A model generated the notes under the pieces. That model did not search any database and was not told the origin of the DNA. It saw only the letters and a list, made by a program, of their open reading frames with translations. Source: Eledone cirrhosa (Eukaryota). Taken from it: a stretch of 64,000 bases of DNA. Location: contig OZ024744.1 in the NCBI GenBank assembly GCA_964016885.1, positions 25,668,001 to 25,732,000 on the forward strand, given 5' to 3'. Each line of letters starts with the position of its first letter. Within the stretch, counting starts at the first letter, position 1. Shown here one piece after another: positions 13,961 through 24,900 of the stretch. The translations under genes and the position numbers were made by a program.

Positions 13961-16900
13961 TGGTTTGTTAGTGGTTGTTAGTGGTTGTTAGTGGATGTTA
14001 GGGGATGTTAGTAGTTGTTGATGGTTGTTAGTGGTTGTTAGTGGATGTTATTGGTTGTTAGTGGTTGTTAGTGGTTGTTAGTAGTTGTTAATGTTTGATA
14101 ATGGTTGTTAATAATTGTTAGTGGTTGTTAGTGTTTGTTAGTTGTTGTTAGTGGTTGTTAGAGGTTGTTAATGGTTGTTAGTAGTTGTTAGTGGTTGTTT
14201 GTGGTTGTTAGTAGTTGTTAGTGGTTGTTAGTGGTTGTTAGTGGTTGTTAGTGGTTGTAAGTGGTTGTTAGTAATTGTTATTGGTCGTTAGTGGTTGTTA
14301 ATGGTTGTTATTAGTTGTTAGTGGTTATTAGTGGTTGTTAGTGGTTGTTAGTGGTTGTTAGTAGTTGATAGTGGTTGTTAGTGGTTGTTAGTGGTTGTTA
14401 GTGGTTGTCAGTGGTTGTTAGTGGTTGTTAGTAATTGTTATTGGTCGTTAGAGGTTGTTAACGGTTGTTAGTAGTTGTTAGTGGTTGTTAGTGGTTGTTA
14501 GTGGTTGTTAGTGGTTGTTAGTAGTTGTTAGTGGTTGTTAGTGGTTGTTAGTGGTTGTTTGTGGTTGTTAATGGTTGTTAGTCGTTGTTATTAGTTGTTA
14601 GTGGTTGTTAGTGGTTGTTAGTGGTTCTAGTGTTGTTAGTGGTTGTTAGTGGTTGTTAGTGGTTGTTAGTGGTTGTTAGTGGTTGTTAGCGGTTGTTAGT
14701 GGTTGTTAGTGTTGTTAATGGTTGTTAGTAGTTGTTAGTGGTTGTTAATCTTTGTTAGTAGTTGTTAGTGGTAGTTAGTGGTTGTTAGTGGTTGTTAGAG
14801 GTTGTTAATGGTTATTAGTAGTTGTTAGTGGTTGTTAGTGGTTGTTAGAGGTTGTTAGGGGTTGTTAGTGGTTCTTAGTGCTTGTTAGTGGTTGTTAGTT
14901 GTTGTTAGTAATTGTTATTGGTCGTTAGTGGTTGTTAATGGTTGTTAGTAGTTGTTAGTGGTTGTTAGTAGTTGTTAATGCTTGATAATGGTTGTTAGTG
15001 GTTGTTAGTGGTTGTTAGTGGTTGTTAGTGGTTGTTAGTGGTTGTCAGTGGTTGTTATTGATTGTCAGTGGTTGTTAGTGGTTGTTAGTAATTGTTATTG
15101 GTCGTTAGTGGTTGTTATTGTTTGTTAGTAGTTGTTAGTGGTTGTTAATGGTTGATAGTGGTTGTTAGTGGTTGTTAGTGGTTGTTAGTGGTGGTTAGAG
15201 GTTGTTAGTGGTTGTTAGTGTTGTTAGTGGTTGTTAGTGGTTGTTACTGGTTGTTAGTAGTTGTTAGAGCTTGTTAGTGGTTGTTAATGGTTGTTAATGG
15301 TTGTTAGTGGTTTTTAGTGGTTGTTAGTAATTGTTAGTGGTCGTTAGATGTTGTTTGTGGTTGTTAGTGGTTGTTAGTGGTTGTTAGTGTTGTTAGTGGT
15401 TGTTAGTGGTTGTTAGTGGTTGTTAGTGGTTGTTAGTGGATGTTAGTAGATGTTAATGGTTGTTAGTGGTTGTTAGTGGTTGTTAATAGTTGTTAGTGGT
15501 TGTTAGTAGTTGTTAATGCTTGATAATGGTTGTTAGTGGGTGCTAGTGGTTGTTAGTAGTTGTTATTGGTTGTTAGTGGTTGTTAGTGGTTGTTAGTAGT
15601 TGTTAGTAATTGTTATTGGTCGTTAGTGGTTGTTAATGGTTGTTAGTAGTTGTTAGTGGTTGTTAGTAGTTGTTAATGCTTGATAATGGTTGTTAGTGGT
15701 TGTTAGTGGTTGTTACCGGTTGTTAGAGGTTGTTAGTGTTGTTAGTGGTTGTTAGTGGTTGTTAGTGGTTATTAGTGGTTGTTAGTAGTTGTTAGTGGTT
15801 GTTATTGTTTGTTAGTGGTTGTTAGTGGTTGTTAGTGGTTGTTAGTGGTTGTTAGTGGTTGTTAGTGGTTGTTAGTGGTTTTTAGTGGTTGTTATTGGTC
15901 GTTAGTTGTTGTTAATGATTATTAGTAGTTGTTAGTGGTTGTTAGTGGTTGTTAGTGGTCGTTAGTGGTTGTTAGTGGTTCTTAGTGGTTGTTAGTAGTT
16001 GTTAGTGGTTGACAGTGGTTGTTATTGATTGTCAGTGGTTGTTAGTGGTTGTTAGTAATTGTTATTGGTCGTTAGTGGTTGTTAATGTTTGTTAGTAGTT
16101 GTTAGTGGTTGTTTGTGGTTGTTAGTGGTTGTTAGTTGTTGTTAGTGGTTGTTAGTGTTGTTACTGGTTGTTAGTGGTTGTTAGTGGTTGTTAGTGCATG
16201 TTAGTAGTTGTTAATGGTTGTTAGTGGTTGTTAGTGGTTGTTATTAGTTGTTAGTGGTTGTTAGTGGTTGTTAATGCTTGATAATGTTTGTTAGTGCTTG
16301 CTCGTGGTTGTTAGTAGTTGTTAGTGGTTGTTAGTGGTTGTTAGTGGTTGTTAATGGTTGTTAGTGGTTGTTAGTGGATTTAAGGGGATGTTAGTAGTTG
16401 TTGATGGTTGTTAGTGGTTGTTATTGATTGTCAGTGGTTGTTAGTGGTTGTTAGTAATTGTTATTGGTCGTTAGTGGTTGTTATTGTTTGTTAGTAGTTG
16501 ATAGTGGTTGTTAGTGGTTGTTAGTGGTTGTTAGTGCTGGTTAGCGGTTGTTAGTGGTTGTTAGTGTTGTTAGTGGTTGTTAGTGGTTGTTACTGGTTGT
16601 TAGTAGTTGTTAGAGCTTGTTAGTGGTTGTTAATGGTTGTTAATGGTTGTTAGTGGTTTTTAGTGGTTGTTAGTAATTGTTAGTGGTCGTTAGATGTTGT
16701 TTGTGGTTGTTAGTGGTTGTTAGTGGTTGTTAGTGTTGTTAGTGGTTGTTAGTGGTTGTTAGTGGTTGTTAGTGGTTGTTAGTGGATGTTAGTAGATGTT
16801 AATGGTTGTTAGTGGTTGTTAGTGGTTGTTAGTAGTTGTTAGTGGTTGTTAGTAGTTGTTAATGCTTGATAATGGTTGTTAGTGGGTGCTAGTGGTTGTT

Positions 16901-19900
16901 AGTAGTTGTTAGTGGTTGTTAGTGGTTGTTAGTAGTTGTTAATGGTTGTTAGTGGTTGTTAGTGGATGTTAGGGGATGTTAGTATTTGTTGAAGGTTGTT
17001 AGTGGTTGTTAGTGGATGTTATTGGTTGTTAGTGGTTGTTAGTGGTTGTTAGTAGTTGTTAGTAATTGTTATTGGTCGTTAGTGGTTGTTAATGGTTGTT
17101 AGTAGTTGTTAGTGGTTGTTAGTAGTTGTTAATGCTTGATAATGGTTGTTAGTGGTTGTTAGTAGTTGTTACCGGTTGTTATAGGTTGTTAGTGTTGTTA
17201 GTGGTTGTTAGTGGTTGTTAGTGGTTATTAGTGGTTGTTAGTAGTTGTTAGTGGTTGTTATTGTTTGTTAGTGGTTGTTAGTGGTTGTTAGTGGTTGTTA
17301 GTGGTTGTTAGTGGTTGTTAGTGGTTTTTAGTGGTTGTTATTGGTCGTTAGTTGTTGTTAATGATTATTAGTAGTTGTTAGTGGTTGTTAGTGGTTGTTA
17401 GTGGTCGTTAGTGGTTGTTAGTGGTTCTTAGTGGTTGTTAGTAGTTGTTAGTGGTTGACAGTGGTTGTTATTGATTGTCAGTGGTTGTTAGTGGTTGTTA
17501 GTAATTGTTATTGGTCGTTAGTGGTTGTTAATGTTTGTTAGTAGTTGTTAGTGGTTGTTTGTGGTTGTTAGTGGTTGTTAGTGGTTGTTAGTGGTTGTTA
17601 GTGTTGTTACTGGTTGTTAGTGGTTGTTAGTGGTTGTTAGTGCATGTTAGTAGTTGTTAATGGTTGTTAGTGGTTGTTAGTGGTTGTTATTAGTTGTTAG
17701 TGGTTGTTAGTGGTTGTTAATGCTTGATAATGGTTGTTAGTGCTTGCTAGTGGTTGTTAGTAGTTGTTAGTGGTTGTTAGTGGTTGTTAGTGGTTGTTAG
17801 TGGATTTAAGGGGATGTTAGTAGTTGTTGATGGTTGTTAGTGGTTGTTAATGTATGTTATTGGTTGTTAGTGCTTGTTAGCGGTTGTTAGTGATTGTTAG
17901 TGTTGTTAGTGGTTGTTAGTGGTTGTTATTGGTCGTTAGTTGTTGTTAATGATTATTAGTAGTTGTTAGTGGTTGTTAGAGTTTGTTAGTGGATGTTAGT
18001 GTTTGTTAGTGGTTGTTAGTGGTTGTTAGTGGTTTTTAGTGGTTGTTATTGGTCGTTAGTTGTTGTTAATGATTATTAGTAGTTGTTAGTGGTTGTTAGT
18101 GGTTGTTAGTGGTCGTTAGTGGTTGTTAGAGGTTCTTAGTGGTTGTTAGTAGTTGTTAGTGGTGGACAGTGGTTGTTATTGATTGTCAGTGGTTGTTAGT
18201 GGTTGTTAGTAATTGTTATTGGTCGTTAGTGGTTGTTAATGTTTGTAATAGTTGTTAGTGGTTGTTAGTGGTTGTTAGTGGTTGTTAGTGGTTGTTAGTG
18301 TTGTTAATGGTTGTTAGTGGTTGTTAGTGGTTGTTAGTGGTTGTTAGTGGTTGTTAGTGGATGTTAGTAGTCGTTAATGGTTGTTAGTGGTTGCTAGTGG
18401 TTGTTAGTAGTTGTTAGTGGTTGTTAGTGGTTGTTAGTGGTTGTTAGTGGTTGTTAGTGGTTGTTAGTGGATGTTAGGGGATGTTAGTAGTTGTTGATGG
18501 TTGTTAGTGGTTGTTAGTGGATGTTATTGGTTGTTAGTGGTTGTTAGTGGTTGTTAGTAGTTGTTAATGTTTGATAATGGTTGTTAGTAATTGTTAGTGG
18601 TTGTTAGTGGTTGTTAGTTGTTGTTAGTGGTTGTTAGAGGTTGTTAATGGTTGTTAGTAGTTGTTAGTGGTTGTTTGTGGTTGTTAGTAGTTGTTAGTGG
18701 TTGTTAGTGGTTGTTAGTGGTTGTTAGTGGTTGTAAGTGGTTGTTAGTAATTGTTATTGGTCGTTAGTGGTTGTTAATGGTTGTTATTAGTTGTTAGTGG
18801 TTGTTAGTGGTTGTTAGTGGTTGTTAGTGGTTGTTAGTAGTTGTTAGTGGTTGTTAGTGGTTGTTAGTGGTTGTTAGTGGTTGCCAGTGGTTGTTAGTGG
18901 TTGTTAGTAATTGTTATTGGTCGTTAGAGGTTGTTAACGGTTGTTAGTAGTTGTTAGTGGTTGTTAGTGTTTGTTAGTGGTTGTTAGTGGTTGTTTGTTG
19001 TTGTTAGTGGTTGTTAGTGGTTGTTAGTGGTTGTTTGTGGTTGTTAATGGTTGTTAGTGGTTGTTATTAGTTGTTAGTGGTTGTTAGTGGTTGTTAGTGG
19101 TTCTAGTGTTGTTAGTGGTTGTTAGTGGTTGTTAGTGGTTGTTAGTGGTTGTTAGTGGTTGTTAGCGGTTGTTAGTGGTTGTTAGTGTTGTTAATGGTTG
19201 TTAGTAGTTGTTAGTGGTTGTTAATCTTTGTTAGTAGTTATTAGTAGTTGTTAGTGGTTGTTAGTGGTTGTTAGAGGTTGTTAGGGGTTGTTAGTGGTTG
19301 TTAGTGGTTGTTAGTGGTTGTTAGTGGTTGTTAGTAATTGTTCTTGGTCGTTAGTGGTTGTTAATGGTTGTTAGTAGTTGTTAGTGGTTGTTAGTAGTTG
19401 TTAATGCTTGATAATGGTTGTTAGTGGTTGTTAGTGGTTGTTAGTGGTTGTTAGTGGTTGTTAGTGGTTGTTAGTGATTCTTAGTGGTTGTCAGTGGTTG
19501 TTATTGATTGTCAGTGGTTGTTAGTGGTTGTTAGTAATTGTTATTGGTCGGTAGTGGTTGTTATTGTTTGTTAGTAGTTGTTAGTGGTTGTTAGTGGTTG
19601 ATAGTGGTTGTTAGTGGTTGTTAGTGGTTGTTAGTGGTGGTTAGCGGTTGTTAGTGGTTGTTAGTGTTGTTAGTGGTTGTTAGTGGTTGTTACTGGTTGT
19701 TAGTAGTTGTTAGAGCTTGTTAGTGGTTGTTAATGGTTGTTAATGGTTGTTAGTGGTTTTTAGTGGTTGTTAGTAATTGTTAGTGGTCGTTAGATGTTGT
19801 TTGTGGTTGTTAGTGGTTGTTAGTGGTTGTTAGTGTTGTTAGTGGTTGGTAGTGGTTGTTAGTGGTTGTTAGTGGTTGTTAGTGGATGTTAGTAGATGTT

Positions 19901-20370
19901 AATGGTTGTTAGTGGTTGTTAGTGGTTGTTAGTAGTTGTTAGTGGTTGTTAGTAGTTGTTAATGCTTGATAATGGTTGTTAGTGGGTGCTAGTGGTTGTT
20001 AGTAGTTGTTAGTGGTTGTTAGTGGTTGTTAGTAGTTGTTAATGGTTGTTAGTGGTTGTTAGTGGATGTTAGGGGATGTTAGTATTTGTTGAAGGTTGTT
20101 AGTGGTTATTAGTGGATGTTATTGGTTGTTAGTGGTTGTTAGTGGTTGTTAGTAGTTGTTAGTAATTGTTATTGGTCGTTAGTGGTTGTTAATGGTTGTT
20201 AGTAGTTGTTAGTGGTTGTTAGTAGTTGTTAATGCTTGATAATGGTTGTTAGTGGTTGTTAGTGGTTGTTACCGGTTGTTAGAGGTTGTTAGTGTTGTTA
20301 GTGGTTGTTAGTGGTTGTTAGTGGTTATTAGTGGTTGTTAGTAGTTGTTAGTGGTTGTTATTGTTTGTTA
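13480..20370 (+). repeat. ~4.5-kb-offset duplication (~13480-15800 vs ~17980-20370)
   Basis: GAGGTTCTT 13631/18129, AACGG after GGTCGTTAGAGG 14460/18936 (4476), GGGTGCT 15538/19984, ACCGG 15715/20271. Confidence 0.8.
15050..17845 (+). repeat. ~1.4-kb tandem duplication (~15050-16420 vs ~16420-17845)
   Basis: AGTAGATG 15445/16791, TGCATG 16195/17641 (1446), TAAGGGGATG 16381/17807 (1426). Confidence 0.85.
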
Positions 20371-21919
20371 GTGGTTGTTAGTGGTTGTTAGTGGTGGTTA
20401 GTGGTTGTTAGTGGTTGTTAGTGGTTGTTAGTAGTTGTTAGTGATTGTTAATCGTTGTTAGTGGTTGTTTGTGGTTGTTAATGGTTGTTATTGGTTGTTA
20501 GTAGTTGTTAGTGGTTGTTTGTGGTTGTTAGTGGTCTTTAGCGGTTGTTAGTGGTTCTAGTGTAGTTAGTGGTTGTTAGTGGTTGTTAGTGGTTGTTAGT
20601 GGTTGTTAGTGGTTGTTAGCGGTTGTTAGTGGTTGTTAGTGTTGTTAGTGGTTGTTAGTGGTTCTTAGTAGTTGTTAGTGGTTGTTAGTAGTTGTTAGTG
20701 GTTGTTAGTGGTTGTTAGTGGTTGTTAGTGGTTGTTACCGGTTGTTAGAGGTTGTTAGTGTTGTTAGTGGTTGTTAGTGTTTGTTAGTGTTTGTTAGTGG
20801 TTGTTAGTGGTTGTTTGTGGTTGTTAATGGTTGTTAGTGGTTATTATTAGTTGTTAGTGGTTGTTAGTGGTTGTTTGTGGTTGTTCGTGGTTGTTTGCGG
20901 TTGTTAGTGGTTGTTAGTGTTGTTAATGGTTGTTAGTAGTTGTTAGTGGTTGTTAATCTTTGTCAGTAGTTGTTAGTGGTTGTTAGTGGTTGGTAGTGGT
21001 GATTAGAGATTGTTAATGGTTGTTAGTGGTTGTTAGTGGTTGTTAGTGGTTGTTAGTGGTTGTTAGTAATTGTTATTGGTCGTTAGTGGTTGTTAATGTT
21101 TGTTAGTAGTTGTTAGTGGTTGTTAGTAGTTGTTAATGCTTGATAATGGTTGTTAGTGGTTGTTAGTGGTTGTTAGTGATTGTTAGTGGTTGTTTGTGGT
21201 TGTTAATGGTTTTTATTGGTTGTTAGTAGTTCTTAGTGGTTGTTTGTGGTTGTTTGTGGTTGTTAGTGGTTGTTAGTGGTTGTTAGTAGTTGTTAGTTGT
21301 TGTTACTGGTTGTTAGCGGTTGTTAGTGGTTGTTAGTGTTGTTAGTGGTTGTTAGTGGTTGTTAGTAGTTGTTAGTGGTTGTTAGTAGTTGTTAGTGGTT
21401 GTTAGTTGTTGTTAGTAGTTGTTAGTGGTTGTTAGTGGTTGTTAGTGGTTGTTAGTAATTGTTATTGGTCGTTACTGCTTGTTAATGGTTGTTAGTAGTT
21501 GTTAGTGGTTGTTAGTGGTTGTTAGTGGTTGTTATTGGTTGTTAGTGATTGTTAGTAGTTGTTAGTGTTTGTTAGTGTTTGTTAGTGGTTGTTTGTGGTT
21601 GTTAATGGTTATTAGTGGTTTTTAGTAGTTGTTACTGGTTGTTAGTGGTTGTTAGTGGTTGTTAGTGTTTGTTAGTAATTGTTATCGGTCGTTAGCGGTT
21701 GTTAATGTTTGTTAGTAGTTGTTAGTGGTTGTTAGTGGTTGTTAGTGGTTCTTAGTGTTTATTAGTGGTTGTTAGTGGTTGTTAGTGGTTGTTATTGGTT
21801 GTTAGTGGTTGTTAGTGGTTGTTAGTGGTTGTTAGATGTTGTTATTGGTTGTTATTGGTTGTTAGTGGTTGTTAGTAGTTGTTAGTGGTTGTTAGTGGTT
21901 GTTAGTGGTTGTTAGTGGA

Positions 21920-24900
21920 TGTTAGTAGTTGTTCGTGGTTGTTAGTGGTTGTTAGTGGTTCTTAGTGGTTGTTAGTGGTTGTTAGTGGTTGTTACTGGTT
22001 GTTAGTAGTTGTTAGTGGTTGTTAGTGGTTGTTAGTGGTTGTTAGTGGTTGTTAGTGGTTGTTAGTGGATGTTAGTAGTTGTTAATGGTTGTTAGTGGTT
22101 GTTAGTGGTTGTTAGTAGTTGTTAGTAGTTGTTAGTGGTTGTTAGATGTTGTTTGTGGTTGTTAGTGGTTGTTAGTGGTTGTTAGTGTTGTTAGTGGTTG
22201 TTAGTGGTTGTTAGTGGTTGTTAGTGGTTGTTAGTGGATGTCAGTAGTTGTTAATGGTTGTTAGTTGTCGTTAGTGGTTGTTTGTAGTCGTTAGTGGTTG
22301 TTAGTAGTTGTTAATGCTTGATAATGGTTGTTAGTGGTTGTTAGTAGTTGTTAGTCGTTGTTAGTGGTTGCTAGTGGTTGTTAGTGGTTGTTAATGGTTG
22401 TTAGTGGTTGTTAGTGGATGTTAGTGGATGTTAGTAATTGTTGATGGTTGTTAGTGGTTGTTAGTGGTTGTTATTGGTTGTTAGTGGTTGTTAGTGGTTG
22501 TTAGTAGTTGTTAATGTTTGATAATGGTTGTTAGTAATTGTTAGTGGTTGTTAGTGGTTGTTAGTTGTTGTTAGTGGTTGTTAGAGGTTGTTAATGGTTG
22601 TTAGTAGTTGTTTGTGGTTGTTTGCGGTTGTTAGTAGTTGTTAGTGGTTGTTAGTGGTTGTTAGTGGTTGTTAGTAGTTGTTAGTGGTTGTTAGTAATTG
22701 TTATTGGTCGTTAGTAGTTGTTAATGGTTGTTAGTAGTTGTTAGTGGTTGTTAGTGGTTGTTAGTGGTTGTCAGTGGTTGTTAGTGGTTGTTAGTAATTG
22801 TTATTGATTGTTAGTGGTTGTTAACGTTTGTTAGTAGTTGTGAGTGGTTGTTAGAGGTTGTTAATGGTTTTTCGTAGTTGTTAGTGGTTGTTAGTGGTTG
22901 TTAGTGGTTGTTAGTGGTTGTTAGTAATTGTTATTGGTCGTTAGTGGTTGTTAATGGTTGTTAGTAGTTGTTAGTGGTTGTTAGTAGTTGTTAATGCTTG
23001 ATAATGGTTGTTAGTGGTTGTTAGTGGTTGTTACCGGTTGTTAGAGGTTGTTAGTGTTGTTAGTGGTTGTTAGTGGTTGTTAGTGGTTATTAGTGGTTGT
23101 TAGTAGTTGTTAGTGGTTGTTATTGGTTGTTAGTGGTTGTTAGTGGTTATTAGTGGTTGTTAGTGGTTGTTAGTAGTTGTTAGTGATTGTTAATCGTTGT
23201 TAGTGCTTGTTTGTGGTTGTTAATGGTTGTTATTGGTTGTTAGTAGTTGTTAGTGGTTGTTTGTGGTTGTTAGTGGTCTTTAGCGGTTGTTAGTGGTTCT
23301 AGTGTAGTTAGTGGTTGTTAGTGGTTGTTAGCGGTTGTTAGTGGTTGTTAGTGTTGTTAGTGGTTGTTAGTGGTTGTTAGTAGTTGTTAGTGGTTGTTAG
23401 TAGTTGTTAGTGGTTGTTAGTGGTTGTTAGTGGTTGTTAGTGGTTGTTACCGGTTATTAGAGGTTGTTAGTTTTGTTAGTGGTTGTTAATGTTTGGTAGT
23501 GTTTGTTAGTGGTTGTTAGTGGTTGTTTGTGGTTGTTAATCGTTATTGGTGGTTGTTAGTATTTGTTATTGGTTGTTAGTGGTTGTTAGTGGTTGTTAGT
23601 GGTTGTTAGTAATTGTTATTGGTCGTTAGCGTTTGTTAATGTTTGTTAGTAGTTGTTAGTGGTTGTTAGTGGTTGTTAGTGGTTGTTAGTGGTTGTTACC
23701 GGTTGTTAGAGGTTGTTCGTGTTGTTAGTGGTTGTTAGTGGTTGTTAGTGGTTGTTAGTGGATGTTAGTAGTTGTTATTGGTTGTTATTGGTTGTTAGTG
23801 GTTATTAGTGGTTGTTAGTGGTTGTTAGATGTTGTTATTGGTTGTTAGTGGTTGTTAGTAGTTGTTAGTGGTTGTTAGTGGTTGTTAGTGGTTGTTACTG
23901 GTTGTTAGTAGTTGTTAGCGGTTGTTAGTGGTTATTAGTGGTTCTTAGTGGTTGTTAGTGGTTGTTAGTGGTTGTTACTGGTTGTAAGTAGTTGTTAGTG
24001 GTTGCTATAGGTTGTTAGTAGTTGTTAGTGGTTGTTAGTGGTTGTTAGTGGTTGTTAGTGTTTGTTAGTCGTTGTTAGCGGTTGTTAGTGGTTGTTAGTA
24101 GTTGTTAGTGGATGTTATTGGTTGTTACTGGTTGTTAGTAGTTGTTAGTGGTTGTTAGTAGTTGTTAGTGGTTGTTAGTAGTTGTTAGTAGTTGTTAGTG
24201 GTTGTAGTGGTTGTTAGTGGTTGTTAGTGTTGTTAGTGGTTGTTAGTGGTTGTTAGTGGTTGTTAGTGGTTGTTAGCGATTGTTAGTGGTTGTTAGTAGT
24301 TGTTAGTGGTTGTTAGTGGTTGTTAGTGGCTGTTATTGGTTGTTACTGGTTGTTAGTATTTGTTAGTGGTTGTTAGTGGTTGTTAGTGTTTGTTAGTGGT
24401 TGTTAGTGTTGTAAGTGGTTGTTAGTGGTTGTTAGTGGTTGTTAGTGGTTGCTATAGGTTGTTAGTAGTTGTTAGTGGTTGTTACTGGTTGTTAGTGGTT
24501 GTTAGTGTGTGTTAGTCGTTGTTAGCGGTTGTTAGTGATTGTTAGTAATTGTTAGTAGTTGTTAGTGGTTGTTAGTGGTTGTTAGTGGTTGTAAGTGGAT
24601 GTTAGTAGTTTTTAATGGTTGTTAGTGTTTGTTATTGGTTGTTACTGGTTGTTAGTGGTTGTTAGTGGTTGTTAGTGGTTGTTAGTGGTTGTTAGTGGTT
24701 GTTAGTGGATGTTAGTAGTTGTTAGTGGTTGTTAGTGGATGTTAGTAGTTGTTAATGGTTGTTAGTGTTTGTTAGTGGTTGTTAGTAGTTGTTAGTGGTT
24801 GTTAGTAGTTGTTAATGCTTGATAATGGTTGTTAGTGGTTGTTAGTGGTTGTTCGTAGTTGTTAATGGTTGTTAGTGTTTGTTAGTGGTTGTTACAGGTT

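Noticed and set aside
13961-13970. 11-bp monomer (extra T) at the end of the 3.65-kb duplication as a possible breakpoint scar
   Set aside because: It is a single-copy one-base homopolymer extension and cannot be told from a sequencing error without reads.
3529-20080. TTAGGGGATG and TTAGGGGTTG variants resembling canonical TTAGG/TTAGGG telomere units
   Set aside because: They are isolated monomers one or two substitutions from consensus, spread by the block duplications and never in tandem.
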